64,000 bases of DNA, taken from a virus. Under the pieces are notes generated by a model. It was given only the letters and a program-made list of their open reading frames with translations. It was not told the origin of the DNA and made no database searches. The translations under genes were made by a program, and so were the position numbers. The DNA lies in IMG/VR virus record IMGVR_UViG_3300012089_000001, positions 18,493-82,492 of that record. One strand, written 5' to 3'. Positions 10,164 through 20,031 of this stretch are shown here, one piece after another (positions within the stretch are counted from its first letter, which is position 1; every line of letters begins with the position of its first letter).

Positions 10164-10664
10164 CTAATGTGAAAAATATTTCGTAAAACGAGTTATGAAA
10201 TCAAAGCCTTCATCTAATGTAGGTACTGTAAATCTATTATACATATTTTCAATATCTTTCTCAGGAACCTTAGATCTACCTTCTCGTTCCTTATTTCTCT
10301 CAAGACATGTTTCTAATGAAGTATCAAAATATATACAACCTAAAGAAATATCATTCTTTTCTATAAAAAGTTTAAGTGCATTAATCAATTTTAATCTTGA
10401 ACCTTCATTTATATGTGTAGCATCAGCATAAACAGTAGTGATGTTTTCATCATCGAAAGATTCTTTAATAAGTTGAACAAAAGTATTAAATACTTCTTTC
10501 TCTTTGCTAAAATACTTATCTTCTGGTTTTACTAAACTAAATCTTACCTTATCGCGGGAAATGACCTTCTCTCCGCTCTTTAGATGGCTTTGTATATAAG
10601 TTGACTTGCCTGATGCTGGGATACCGCTAAGTAGGATTATCTCTTTTCTTTTCATAATTACCAC
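10164..10664 (-). CDS. P-loop kinase, polynucleotide kinase/AAA_33-like
   Basis: GIPASGKST Walker A, SRD, DATH, CLERN..R. Confidence 0.85.
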   Translation of the reverse strand: MVIMKRKEIILLSGIPASGKSTYIQSHLKSGEKVISRDKVRFSLVKPEDKYFSKEKEVFNTFVQLIKESFDDENITTVYADATHINEGSRLKLINALKLFIEKNDISLGCIYFDTSLETCLERNKEREGRSKVPEKDIENMYNRFTVPTLDEGFDFITRFTKYFSH

Positions 10665-10762
10665 CTTTTCTTTTATTCTTATAAGTAATTATAACATAAT
10701 TTTTTATTTAAATCCATTAAATAGAAAATAGCAGTTAGATTTTTTAATCTAACTGCTATAAA

Positions 10763-11041
10763 TTATTGGATCTTTAATCCATTTGCGTCCTTAACATAAC
10801 CTTCATGCTTTTTAGCCATCTTTAGTGCTATTTCTTTCTTACTATACTCTTGATATGGAGTATCTAATTTATAAACTGTATAAGGACCTTTTTCTTTTGG
10901 TTCTTTTGTTTTATATTTTGGTTTTTCTTCTTCAGTTTTATTTGAATTGAATTCAGTTGATTCTAATTCTGAATTATCAATTTTATTATCTTTAGGCAGA
11001 AATTCATCTTCCATATTTAACTTCATTAAATTTTCCTCCAT
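10763..11041 (-). CDS. Hypothetical acidic protein
   Basis: ORF immediately downstream of the endolysin, followed by a terminator hairpin. Confidence 0.55.
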   Translation of the reverse strand: MEENLMKLNMEDEFLPKDNKIDNSELESTEFNSNKTEEEKPKYKTKEPKEKGPYTVYKLDTPYQEYSKKEIALKMAKKHEGYVKDANGLKIQ

Positions 11042-11043
11042 TA

Positions 11044-11790
11044 TTAAAATTTACCAATGCTTTGCACGCCATCTGCATCAGTTATGTACATCGCGCACTC
11101 ATATTGATGGCCTACTGTTGGTTCAAAGTAATACCATTTATCATTTATCTTTTGCCATCCAGTAACCGCATATCCATCAGAATTAAAGTAGTACCAATGA
11201 CTGTTAATAAGTTTCCATGTACCTTTAAAATAAGTAGTAGTAGTATCTGCATACCACCATCCATTGCTATCTTTATTCCATCCAACTGTATAGACGGGTG
11301 TCATCGCGGTAGCCACATCATTTTTAAATTTTGTCCAAGCCGCGGGATTATCTACAAAATATTTTGGACAAGATTTTCCAGTTACATCATAGTGTCGAAT
11401 AAGCCCACCATGAACTGGATCAAGATTCCATCGTTCACATAAGTCAGCACATAGCTCTATATATGATTTATAAGTTGCATCGTTAAACTTGCCAGTACTA
11501 TCTGGATGACAAGCTTCAATTGAAATAGTATAGCTATTTGCAGAATTAGTACACCAGCTGATTTCATCTTCAGGGATCAATCGCAGAATCTCTCCTTGTA
11601 ATCCAATGATGTAATGACAGCTTGCTTTAATTCCAGTACCATTTTTCAAACTCTCAAAATAATTCCTATTGGCTTGCGCGCTAGTGCCAGGATTCCCGAT
11701 ATAATGACAAGCAATGGCTGTTGTATTAGCACGTTTAGTGCCTGGGCGATTATAATTACTAATAGTTAGTAATGCATTTGTAATATTCAT
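11044..11790 (-). CDS. Endolysin: N-acetylmuramoyl-L-alanine amidase (Amidase_2) with cell-wall-binding repeats
   Basis: IACHY, SCHYIIG, SIEACH, RHYDVTGKSCP; GWQKINDKWYYF-type repeats. Confidence 0.9.
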   Translation of the reverse strand: MNITNALLTISNYNRPGTKRANTTAIACHYIGNPGTSAQANRNYFESLKNGTGIKASCHYIIGLQGEILRLIPEDEISWCTNSANSYTISIEACHPDSTGKFNDATYKSYIELCADLCERWNLDPVHGGLIRHYDVTGKSCPKYFVDNPAAWTKFKNDVATAMTPVYTVGWNKDSNGWWYADTTTTYFKGTWKLINSHWYYFNSDGYAVTGWQKINDKWYYFEPTVGHQYECAMYITDADGVQSIGKF

Positions 11791-11811
11791 TCTTCTCCTC
11801 CAATCTAAAAT

Positions 11812-11834
11812 AAGGGCGGAATTTTTCCGCCCTT
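11812..11834 (-). terminator. Rho-independent terminator hairpin
   Basis: GGGCGGAA-TTT-TTCCGCCC with T-run on the minus strand. Confidence 0.7.
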
Positions 11835-11838
11835 TAAA

Positions 11839-12099
11839 TTATTTATTTTCCAAAAATTGTGAAAATGCTTGATGTAAACCAGTAGCTGCAAGTCCGCTTG
11901 CAAGCCCTTGTAACAAAATTTCTGGAGAGATGTTTCCCCAATTCATTGATATGGCTACACCAGTTCCAATAATAGCGCATATGGTTGGAATGTATTTATT
12001 ATCTACATCTTGAATCCATTGTTTAATAATATACCCAACACATAAACAAATTCCAATAATTACCGGAACAATAAAGCTATTTAAAAAACTTAAATCCAT
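11839..12099 (-). CDS. Holin
   Basis: Small multi-TM protein (NKYIPTI..GLASGLAATGLHQ) directly upstream of the endolysin. Confidence 0.8.
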   Translation of the reverse strand: MDLSFLNSFIVPVIIGICLCVGYIIKQWIQDVDNKYIPTICAIIGTGVAISMNWGNISPEILLQGLASGLAATGLHQAFSQFLENK

Positions 12100-12114
12100 A
12101 TTTGACCTCTTTTC

Positions 12115-12372
12115 TTATTTTACTCCAGGTCCTTTAGTTGCATCTTGATCGCCGTTTGCACTGCTTGGGGCCGTCGGATCTGGCGCACAAAATGGTTTCA
12201 TATTTACAGCTTTCTGTGGCCCAACTCCAGGACCAGAATTCACATAATGCCCACAATCATCTGCTCCTGGTTCTAGATTACTGTGTTCATTAATATCACA
12301 ATGCTCTGCATCATGAACTTCACAATCTCTGTGTAATTTCTCTTGCATAATTTTATCCTCTTCTTCTTTCAA
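12115..12372 (-). CDS. Hypothetical Cys/His/Pro-rich protein
   Basis: ORF. Confidence 0.55.
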   Translation of the reverse strand: MKEEEDKIMQEKLHRDCEVHDAEHCDINEHSNLEPGADDCGHYVNSGPGVGPQKAVNMKPFCAPDPTAPSSANGDQDATKGPGVK

Positions 12373-12385
12373 TTAAATTAATTGG

Positions 12386-13645
12386 TTACAATTCTTCAGC
12401 CAATTCGGCTATTTTACTTCTATGTATTTTATTAAGGTAAACTTCACCATAGAAATCATGATTTTTAAAAACTTCAGATATGCGCTTCATTCCATTATTT
12501 ACACCAGCGAATCTGTAATCATCTACTTGTGCTCGGTCATCTCCATCTATAACTAAGATAGAATCTTCTCCAACACGTTGTAATACTAATTTAGCAAGTT
12601 GAATATCCATATTTTGAGCTTCAGTAATATAAACTCCAGCTTTCATTCCAGTAGTGTCAAAACCACGCATATCGCTCATTGGAAGCAAAAGAATAGTTCC
12701 TTCGTTTATTAATCTTTCAACCTCTAGTTTATCTCCTATTTTACTAGTTAAAAAGTTGCCAATTTGAGAGTCTAAAAGTTTTGAATTCTTGCTACCAGGA
12801 TAAAAACCTAGCTTAACAGATCCTGCCGCGGCAGGTGAATTACAGAAGATGATTATCTTGTCAATTTCATGCCTCTGTAGCTTATAAAATAAATATCCTA
12901 GAGACAAATATGATTTGCCGCTACCTGCTTTGCCTCGTATCATAGTAATTTTATTATTAACCAAGCTATCCATTGCTAAAATTTGGTATAAATCTCCTTT
13001 AAAAGGAACAACTTTACCAAACATTTTAGATTCAAAGGCTGTTGAAATAATTCTTTCATGTTCTGTACCATTCCACTTATATAGGTCGTCCTGTGTAAAC
13101 TCGTCGGGCGTCCGCACTATAAGATACTGATTTATAAGTAGACCATGTATATTTATATTTAGATTACTATAAAAATCAGCTAGCTCATACATTGATGGAA
13201 TAAGTTCTATATATCCTGTATAGTCGTCCTTATCATACTCAACAGATTCAATATTTTCAATTCCAAAGATACTTTTTGCAATCATTTTATTTGCCAAATC
13301 ATTAGTTACATAAGTACAAGGGAATTCTTTATTACATTTCATATAAGTTGCCATAATTCTGGTATCATTTGTGATATCAATATCTCTACTAGTAATTTCA
13401 TACTCTAAATTATTAGTATAAATATAAACTAAATACTTATCTTGATTATCATCTAATAAGTGTAATAATCTTCTTGTCTTATATTTTATATCTTCATCTT
13501 TTTTTCCGGACGTCTTTATGTCTTCTAATTCATTTAAAGTTATTGATGATATATAAAAAAATTCATCAAAAGCTCGATCTAAAAGAATCAATAAAGAACA
13601 TGTGTCATAAAATTTATTATTCATAGTCCTCTTCCTCTTCATCAT
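12386..13645 (-). CDS. phoH: PIN + PhoH family ATPase
   Basis: YDTCSLL PIN start, GKAGSGKS, LGFYPG, MRG..ITEAQN, GDDRAQVD. Confidence 0.9.
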   Translation of the reverse strand: MMKRKRTMNNKFYDTCSLLILLDRAFDEFFYISSITLNELEDIKTSGKKDEDIKYKTRRLLHLLDDNQDKYLVYIYTNNLEYEITSRDIDITNDTRIMATYMKCNKEFPCTYVTNDLANKMIAKSIFGIENIESVEYDKDDYTGYIELIPSMYELADFYSNLNINIHGLLINQYLIVRTPDEFTQDDLYKWNGTEHERIISTAFESKMFGKVVPFKGDLYQILAMDSLVNNKITMIRGKAGSGKSYLSLGYLFYKLQRHEIDKIIIFCNSPAAAGSVKLGFYPGSKNSKLLDSQIGNFLTSKIGDKLEVERLINEGTILLLPMSDMRGFDTTGMKAGVYITEAQNMDIQLAKLVLQRVGEDSILVIDGDDRAQVDDYRFAGVNNGMKRISEVFKNHDFYGEVYLNKIHRSKIAELAEEL

Positions 13646-13862
13646 TTTCTTCTGGCGGGGTATATCTAAAACCTATTGCTTGAACATCCTCACCTCCAGC
13701 TAAGTCTTGACATTCTTTTCGAATATCAAAAATTTTCTTGCTTATTTTAATTACTTGCCATTCACCTAAAGCAGTTAAAAAATCTGTTATTAAGTTTAAA
13801 ATTGGCAAGATAAAACAAGAGAAAAGAAAACCATATAAAAAATACTTTAATTTTTTGTCCAT
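13617..13862 (-). CDS. Small membrane protein
   Basis: N-terminal TM helix, acidic tail. Confidence 0.55.
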   Translation of the reverse strand: MDKKLKYFLYGFLFSCFILPILNLITDFLTALGEWQVIKISKKIFDIRKECQDLAGGEDVQAIGFRYTPPEENDEEEEDYE

Positions 13863-13912
13863 CTTAAGCCTCCTTAGTATTTCTACTATTCTTTAAAAAA
13901 TAGAATATTAAA

Positions 13913-14353
13913 TTAGCTTACTTCGTCCCCAGTATTTTTTATCTTTTCTTCATATTTTTTGTGTAGATCGTCTGCCACCTTGATTCTTTCTCTAATGGCA
14001 TCATTTACTTCCCTTATTGTCGCACTCAATTCTTCTATTTCTTTCTTACAGATATAGATTTCTTTTCTAATGCGCTTTGCGGACAGTTCATCTTTATTAA
14101 ACCCTTTCATATTTTCAATGGTATTATAAAGAGTTATTAAGGTTTTCAATCTTTCTTTTTCTTTCTTAATTAAACTTTTATTAAATTTAACATATGCTCT
14201 GTAATTAGCAACAGTATAACCAAATAATTCTGATTCATATTTCTGATCATCTGGATGACATCTTGCTACACCATGGTATTTATTTCCATGTTTATCTATA
14301 AATGTTACTTTATAAACAGAATCTTTGTTTTCCACTATTAATCTATCTTTCAT
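13913..14353 (-). CDS. Hypothetical coiled-coil protein
   Basis: ORF with GVARCHPDD motif. Confidence 0.6.
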   Translation of the reverse strand: MKDRLIVENKDSVYKVTFIDKHGNKYHGVARCHPDDQKYESELFGYTVANYRAYVKFNKSLIKKEKERLKTLITLYNTIENMKGFNKDELSAKRIRKEIYICKKEIEELSATIREVNDAIRERIKVADDLHKKYEEKIKNTGDEVS

Positions 14354-14453
14354 TTATAAGTTTCTCCTTTTATATTTTATATATCCATTATAATATAAAT
14401 TTTTCCTGAAATCAAATAAAAAGCAGATATAATTAAATATCTGCTTTTTGTCT

Positions 14454-14672
14454 CTAATGAGTATTCTTATTTGTAAAAAAAACATCAGGCGGCGTATAAT
14501 TGTTTGTAATGTTGACCTTTGACATAGCAACTGTTTTAATACAACACTGATTATGTGTATTATCCCACCAGCCGCAATTTCCTTCCTCACATCTCACAGT
14601 CATAGTGTGCTGTCTTTGATAACTCATAAGCGGACAAATCATATTTTTCTCCTTTTCATTAATAATTAACAA
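14454..14672 (-). CDS. Small Cys-rich hypothetical protein
   Basis: CPLMS..C..NCGWW..C; probable start at MICP. Confidence 0.55.
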   Translation of the reverse strand: MLIINEKEKNMICPLMSYQRQHTMTVRCEEGNCGWWDNTHNQCCIKTVAMSKVNITNNYTPPDVFFTNKNTH

Positions 14673-15064
14673 CTATAGTTATCATTTCTTAATTTAAAAC
14701 CTAATTCATTCATTCTTTTAACATTTTTCTGAATTATTTCTACTGTCTTTTCTTCTGCCTCATCGTAAGTTAAGAATATTTTGGTATTCCAATTTTCTAA
14801 AAAATATTCTAAATTAGAAAGCCTTACTTCAAAGTCTCTAGGAGAACAAAATCTTGTATGACATGGACTATATCCGTCGCATTTCAGTTCTTCTGCATGT
14901 TGGCAATATAACTTCTTTTGAAAACAACATACGTCACTACAATCAAGATTGATGTGATATAACCAACTTCCTAATGGAACTGGTAAATTAATTTGAGTTT
15001 TATCTTCACTTATAAATGTCATATTTTTACTCCTCCTCTGCCTCTTTAAATTTTCCACTTTCAA
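14666..15064 (-). CDS. Hypothetical Cys-rich protein
   Basis: ORF; KIFLTYDEAE motif. Confidence 0.55.
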   Translation of the reverse strand: MKVENLKRQRRSKNMTFISEDKTQINLPVPLGSWLYHINLDCSDVCCFQKKLYCQHAEELKCDGYSPCHTRFCSPRDFEVRLSNLEYFLENWNTKIFLTYDEAEEKTVEIIQKNVKRMNELGFKLRNDNYSC

Positions 15065-15269
15065 ATTCTTCTAAAAAATTGTTATATTTATATTTGCCAA
15101 AAGGTCTTATTTCAGCATGATTGGTCTCCGTTTTGCAATGAAGACAGAATAACTTTTTTAAATGTCCAGGCTCACGCTGACTTTGCACTCTTCTTGGCAG
15201 CGGAATACCTCTATTCCCGCATTTAGTACAATAGAAATCACTTGTATAAAAATCTTTTGTTCTTGCCAT
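15027..15269 (-). CDS. Zinc-ribbon protein with bL33-like motif spacing
   Basis: YCTKCG...HLKKLFCLHCKTETNHAEI. Confidence 0.6.
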   Translation of the reverse strand: MARTKDFYTSDFYCTKCGNRGIPLPRRVQSQREPGHLKKLFCLHCKTETNHAEIRPFGKYKYNNFLEEFESGKFKEAEEE

Positions 15270-15270
15270 A

Positions 15271-15489
15271 TTATTCGCATGCCTCCACTTCTACAATATA
15301 TTCTGTTAAAAGACTTAAAAAATTTTCACGTTCTTCTTTTTGAATCATTACTGTAGTTACATTTTTAACAATAGATTTATGCTTTCTTTCAGCTAAAGAA
15401 AAGATAATACTTTCTCCAACATTTGGTACTCTTGGTGTAGTTACTTCACAAATAATAGAATCATTAAGCATCATTCTTACTTTAAACAT
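15271..15489 (-). CDS. Hypothetical protein
   Basis: ORF with RVPNVGE motif. Confidence 0.55.
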   Translation of the reverse strand: MFKVRMMLNDSIICEVTTPRVPNVGESIIFSLAERKHKSIVKNVTTVMIQKEERENFLSLLTEYIVEVEACE

Positions 15490-15589
15490 ATTTTATTCCT
15501 TCTTTCTTTTCTTTATATAATAATTATATCATATTTTTTATTTAAAATCAAAAAGAGAAAAGATGTTAAGTCTTTTCTCTTTTATCTAA

Positions 15590-15823
15590 CTATTTATCTA
15601 CTTTATAAGTATTACATAATGATTCAAGCCAGAGTATATCAGTATCCTCTGTAAGAACAGATTCTACTTCAACAGGATCGTATGGATTGATATACATTAC
15701 ACCAAGTATGGATTTAGCATCAACTGCGACATGTCCGCGCGAAAGGATTACATCTCCCTCAATCTTATTTACAAGTTCAACAAACTTATGAATTTCATTA
15801 ATGCTATCAATTTTAATTTTCAT
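15590..15823 (-). CDS. HPr-like phosphocarrier-fold protein
   Basis: VDAKSILGVM Ser46 motif; no GLHARP His15 motif. Confidence 0.8.
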   Translation of the reverse strand: MKIKIDSINEIHKFVELVNKIEGDVILSRGHVAVDAKSILGVMYINPYDPVEVESVLTEDTDILWLESLCNTYKVDK

Positions 15824-15840
15824 ATTACTCTCCTTTTGAT

Positions 15841-16941
15841 TTATTCTGAATGCTTAAGTAAGAACAGAGGATCAACAGCTTTAAAACTTTGTTTACCATC
15901 TTTTGTGCGGAACACAAGTCCCTCTCTTAAAGTATTATATAACTCAGATGTACCATGAGCCATAGCTAATACCTTATCAACACTCTTTCCTTTTAGAAAG
16001 ATGCTCTCTGAAATAATTGGAACAAATTTTAATCCATGTTGCTCCATCATATTTTTTGCAACAATAGAACCAAGTCTTCCAGTTGGATAAATAACATTGA
16101 AAACATATAGATCACATTCTGTAACCTTATATTTATTTCCCTGTACACTTGGCCCAATGCACTCTCCTTGAATGGCGATCCACTCACGGTCTCCAATCAT
16201 ATTACGAAGTACGTTTTCAATTTTATATCTATCAGATACTTGCCAATAAGAGGTATTATCTTTATACATCAATCTCATATTCCGGCTACAAACACCATAC
16301 TCATATTTATCTTTTAAGAATGGCAGTTTGCGCGAATGCCGCTTAAGATAGAACGTACCTGACTGGCCATCTACTTTTTCGGTCACTACATATTTATTAT
16401 CCATCTTCAAATAGAATGGAGCATTCTGAATCCTTGTTTCATCTGTTTTAGAGATAAAAGATGGAAAGGCAGAAGAATTACGCGTCTTTTTTACAGATAA
16501 TTTTCTGTACCACTTGAATCTCATCATATACTTAGCCAATCCTTTTTTAGGCTCTTCCCGAGTCTCAGGATCTTTATCTCTTGTTGCTTCATACTGCACA
16601 ATACCTAGGGCTTCAGTAACATCCATGCCTTCTGTTAATTTCTTTCCTTTTAAATTAGTGCTATCAAGGATAGAGGTTGAGAAGCAGATACCCTGTGATA
16701 AAACGCCGCACATCTTTTGAGTTTTAATTCTATAAGCCTTTTTAGACAAGAATTGAAACTCTGGATTACTTGCAGGCATAACGCTATCAATCTCGACATA
16801 TACGCACAGATCTCCAGGTTTGAATTGATCCTTCTGAACTATTACATGCCAGCCCAAAACTGTAGCATACTCTACTCTGTCATATTTTTCAATTGGTACT
16901 ATATCAATAATTTTTTCTACTCTAGCTAATGATCTGCTCAT
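15841..16941 (-). CDS. RNA ligase, DRB0094/Rnl2-like family
   Basis: N-terminal GW.V.V.K..F..GD.CVY.EIDS domain, TEKVDG, IQGE, FNV, EGLVFR, FKAV. Confidence 0.88.
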   Translation of the reverse strand: MSRSLARVEKIIDIVPIEKYDRVEYATVLGWHVIVQKDQFKPGDLCVYVEIDSVMPASNPEFQFLSKKAYRIKTQKMCGVLSQGICFSTSILDSTNLKGKKLTEGMDVTEALGIVQYEATRDKDPETREEPKKGLAKYMMRFKWYRKLSVKKTRNSSAFPSFISKTDETRIQNAPFYLKMDNKYVVTEKVDGQSGTFYLKRHSRKLPFLKDKYEYGVCSRNMRLMYKDNTSYWQVSDRYKIENVLRNMIGDREWIAIQGECIGPSVQGNKYKVTECDLYVFNVIYPTGRLGSIVAKNMMEQHGLKFVPIISESIFLKGKSVDKVLAMAHGTSELYNTLREGLVFRTKDGKQSFKAVDPLFLLKHSE

Positions 16942-16944
16942 AGT

Positions 16945-17307
16945 TTATTTCTCCTTCCATTCTATACATTCAATTCCTACTTGATTAAAAAACTTTGCTA
17001 CCAGATGTCGATGACAAAAATCATCTTTCTCATAACATACTAAAACGATATCTTTGCCATTTGATAGCTCAAATAATTTTCTCTTTTCATCATAAGGACA
17101 AAGATTAAATAATACCCTACTGTAATACTGTTCTGTAAAACTTTTTTCATCGCCATCTTGTTTATATTTTATAAAGAAATCATACTTTGGCGCGAATGCC
17201 TTGTAATGTAACCCCTTATACCAGTCCGGAACTTTCGCGCAAATAGCAATTGGAACAATATCACTTGGCAATTTTCTCAAATTTCCAAAATAAGTTGTAT
17301 AAATCAA
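16945..17307 (-). CDS. DUF488-like protein
   Basis: IYTTYF..FAP..LVCYE...FCHRHLVA. Confidence 0.7.
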   Translation of the reverse strand: MIYTTYFGNLRKLPSDIVPIAICAKVPDWYKGLHYKAFAPKYDFFIKYKQDGDEKSFTEQYYSRVLFNLCPYDEKRKLFELSNGKDIVLVCYEKDDFCHRHLVAKFFNQVGIECIEWKEK

Positions 17308-17774
17308 AAGTATTCACCTACCAATCTGCTAATTAAGCTTTTATCCTGATCAGCTAATTCTGACATAGTTTCCTTCATAACAGTTCCCTTATATTTCTTA
17401 TCAAGAGGCTGATCAAATTCGACATCTAAATCATCTTTAATACGATCAATTATACCTCTGATAGAATCTTGCAACTCTTTTTCAGACATCTGTTTTGGCA
17501 TAAGATTTGAAACAATAGCCTCTTTAATGAGGAATGTGTCTAACAAGTCTTTTCTATCTTTTGGACATGTTGCAATTTGCTCTTTGATAATTTTATATTC
17601 TTTGTTAATAGCGGACTTCACCATATCATCACTCACGTTATCCTTATCTTTTCGCGCGATGGCGAGGTTCTGAGCGGTATTAATGATAGAAGAATATACC
17701 TCTAATGATAGCTTATTCTTTCCTCTTCTAGCAAGATCTCTATAATCTTTAATCATGTCTATTGTAAAACGCAT
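17304..17774 (-). CDS. GatB/YqeY domain-like protein
   Basis: AINKE.K...E.AIVSNLMPKQMSE.EL; KGTVMK. Confidence 0.7.
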   Translation of the reverse strand: MRFTIDMIKDYRDLARRGKNKLSLEVYSSIINTAQNLAIARKDKDNVSDDMVKSAINKEYKIIKEQIATCPKDRKDLLDTFLIKEAIVSNLMPKQMSEKELQDSIRGIIDRIKDDLDVEFDQPLDKKYKGTVMKETMSELADQDKSLISRLVGEYF

Positions 17775-17943
17775 AATAAATTCTCCTTTCTTTATTTTAC
17801 TATATAATAATTATAACAAAATTTATTTAATAAATCAAAGGGACGAAAATGGCTAAAGTGTATAAGCAAAATTTAAATAATATTAGGAATAATTTAAGTA
17901 TTAACTTATACTTATTCTAAATAAAATGTAAAGGAGTAAACAT

Positions 17944-18237
17944 ATGAAAAGTTTAATACAAGGTCGTGTAAATCAAGTACTGGGACCTTTTGACACATCA
18001 GACCTTTTGGGAGTAAATGGAGCAATTACTAAAGCAGTCCCGGAGAGTGACCCTCCGCGATTAATAAAGCTTGGTATACAAGCAAGTGAAGGAACAATAG
18101 TAAATATTAATGGTGCCAATATAAGGATTGGAAAAACTGGTATATATGAATTAGATAATACTGTGCAAATTATTTCGCTATATTTTCCAACACCAGGCGC
18201 AACAGATGCTAGTACTATAGTTGACTTTATATATTAA
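17944..18237 (+). CDS. Small beta-rich protein, possibly virion-associated
   Basis: AAGGAG RBS; IRIGKTGIYELD; first gene of the plus-strand cassette. Confidence 0.65.
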   Translation: MKSLIQGRVNQVLGPFDTSDLLGVNGAITKAVPESDPPRLIKLGIQASEGTIVNINGANIRIGKTGIYELDNTVQIISLYFPTPGATDASTIVDFIY

Positions 18238-18250
18238 AAGGAGGGAAGAT

Positions 18251-18571
18251 ATGACAAGTTTTTATGGAAATTTAGGCGGAACAGGTGGCGGTGGTGACGG
18301 TGGAGTTACCAATCATGGAGATTTAACTGGCCGCAGCTTACCAAATCAACATCCAGCTAGTGCTATTCAGCTTAGTGATGGAACTAATGTTAATGATAAA
18401 ATAAATAGTAATACAACAACTATAGCTGCAATGCAAGCAGAAGCAACAGCTAAATGGATTATTTTAAATGATGTTGAAACTCGTAGTAGAGAAAACGCAG
18501 ACGATATTTCAGACCTGCAATCTACTATTGGTGACTTAAATAACAGATTGGAGGCAAGGCTAGATGGCTAA
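18251..18571 (+). CDS. Gly-rich/coiled-coil protein, possibly fibre-like
   Basis: GGTGGGGDGG, HGDLTGRSLPNQHPASAI, C-terminal heptads; GAGG RBS. Confidence 0.6.
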   Translation: MTSFYGNLGGTGGGGDGGVTNHGDLTGRSLPNQHPASAIQLSDGTNVNDKINSNTTTIAAMQAEATAKWIILNDVETRSRENADDISDLQSTIGDLNNRLEARLDG

Positions 18572-19991
18572 AAGAACTTTATCTGAAAACATATTACAAG
18601 CTATTGATGATTTTGATGATATTCAAGCAGCTATCATTGAAAAAGGCGTAAGTGTTTCCAAGGATACTGCTACTAGTGAATATGGTAATAGCATACGAAA
18701 AATAAAGACTAATGGTGGGACTATATCTAACAAAGATGTTAATTTTTATGATTATGATGGAACATTATTGTATTCTTACACCATAAGTGAAGCTAACGCG
18801 CTTACATCTTTGCCAGATGGGCCTGTTCATGATAAATTATTATTTCAAGAATGGAATTATTCTTTAGTACATGTTAATGCAACAACTATTCCCATTAATG
18901 TAGGAGCAATATACACTACAAAAAGCGAAGCAAGTGAATTTGATTTGACATTTACAGAGATTACTGGGCTAAGTACAGATATGCGTATTTATAATAGCAC
19001 AGCAGGAAGCATAATTAATATAGATTGGGGCGATGGAACAGTTGAGGATGCTACTTCAACTACTATCGGAACAAAAACTTTTACTCATACATATTCTAGT
19101 ATGGGATCTTATACAATAAAAGTAGATAGTATTGGTAATTATTATTTTTGGGGAGGCTCAGGTTTGCCGAGTAATATGTTTAACATATCTCCCAATTATA
19201 CTTGTACAGAAGTTAGACTTGGTGATAGATGTAGATATGTTGATTCTTATTCATTTCGAAATTGCTATAACTTGACTAGCATATCAATACCAAGTGGTGC
19301 TACACTTATTGGTCAGAATGCTTTTTATCAATGCTACAGTTTAATTACTATATCAATACCAAACAACGTTACAAGTATTAATGCTAGTACGTTTCGACAA
19401 TGCTATAGTTTGACTACTGTATTAATGCCAAGCAATATTACAAGTATTGCGGAGAATGCTTTTTATCAATGTTACAATTTGACTAATATATTAATACCGG
19501 CTAATGTTATAACTATTGGTAACTATGCTTTTTATCAATGTTATAGTTTGAGTAACATATCAATACCAAATGGTATTACAAGCATTAGCAATTATATATT
19601 TCAACAATGCTATAATCTTTCCAGTGTATCATTACCAAATACTATTACAACTATTGGTAATTATGCATTTCAATATTGTTATAGTTTGACTAGTATATCA
19701 ATACCAGATAATATTACGAGCATTGGTAGTAGCGCGTTCTATCAATGTTATACTCTGGCTAGCATGTCAATACCAAGTGGTGTTACAAGTATTGGTGGTA
19801 GTGCATTTTATCAATGTTATATTATTAAAAATTATCTTATTAAAGCTACTGAGCCGCCAACACTGTCAACAAATGCATTTGATGGCATCAATGATGGTTG
19901 TATAATATACGTCCCACCTGGTACGCTTAAAGATTATCAAAGTGCTACTAACTGGACAGCTTATGCAAGTTATATGCGGGAATGGGAATAA
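18564..19991 (+). CDS. BspA-type leucine-rich repeat (LRR_5) protein
   Basis: About 9 repeats of 23 aa, consensus FxxCxSLTSISIPxxITSIGxxA, then PPTL...F...IYVP. Confidence 0.88.
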   Translation: MAKRTLSENILQAIDDFDDIQAAIIEKGVSVSKDTATSEYGNSIRKIKTNGGTISNKDVNFYDYDGTLLYSYTISEANALTSLPDGPVHDKLLFQEWNYSLVHVNATTIPINVGAIYTTKSEASEFDLTFTEITGLSTDMRIYNSTAGSIINIDWGDGTVEDATSTTIGTKTFTHTYSSMGSYTIKVDSIGNYYFWGGSGLPSNMFNISPNYTCTEVRLGDRCRYVDSYSFRNCYNLTSISIPSGATLIGQNAFYQCYSLITISIPNNVTSINASTFRQCYSLTTVLMPSNITSIAENAFYQCYNLTNILIPANVITIGNYAFYQCYSLSNISIPNGITSISNYIFQQCYNLSSVSLPNTITTIGNYAFQYCYSLTSISIPDNITSIGSSAFYQCYTLASMSIPSGVTSIGGSAFYQCYIIKNYLIKATEPPTLSTNAFDGINDGCIIYVPPGTLKDYQSATNWTAYASYMREWE

Positions 19992-19994
19992 AAA

Positions 19995-20031
19995 TAAAGA
20001 CCTTTATAAAATTATAAAGGTCTTATTTTTT
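19995..20031. terminator. Bidirectional terminator between convergent genes
   Basis: AAGACCTTTATAA...TTATAAAGGTCTT with A and T flanks. Confidence 0.75.

Noticed and set aside
18564-19991. DGR target gene
   Set aside because: No reverse transcriptase and no adenine-variable template repeat visible in this window; internal repeats are ordinary LRR units
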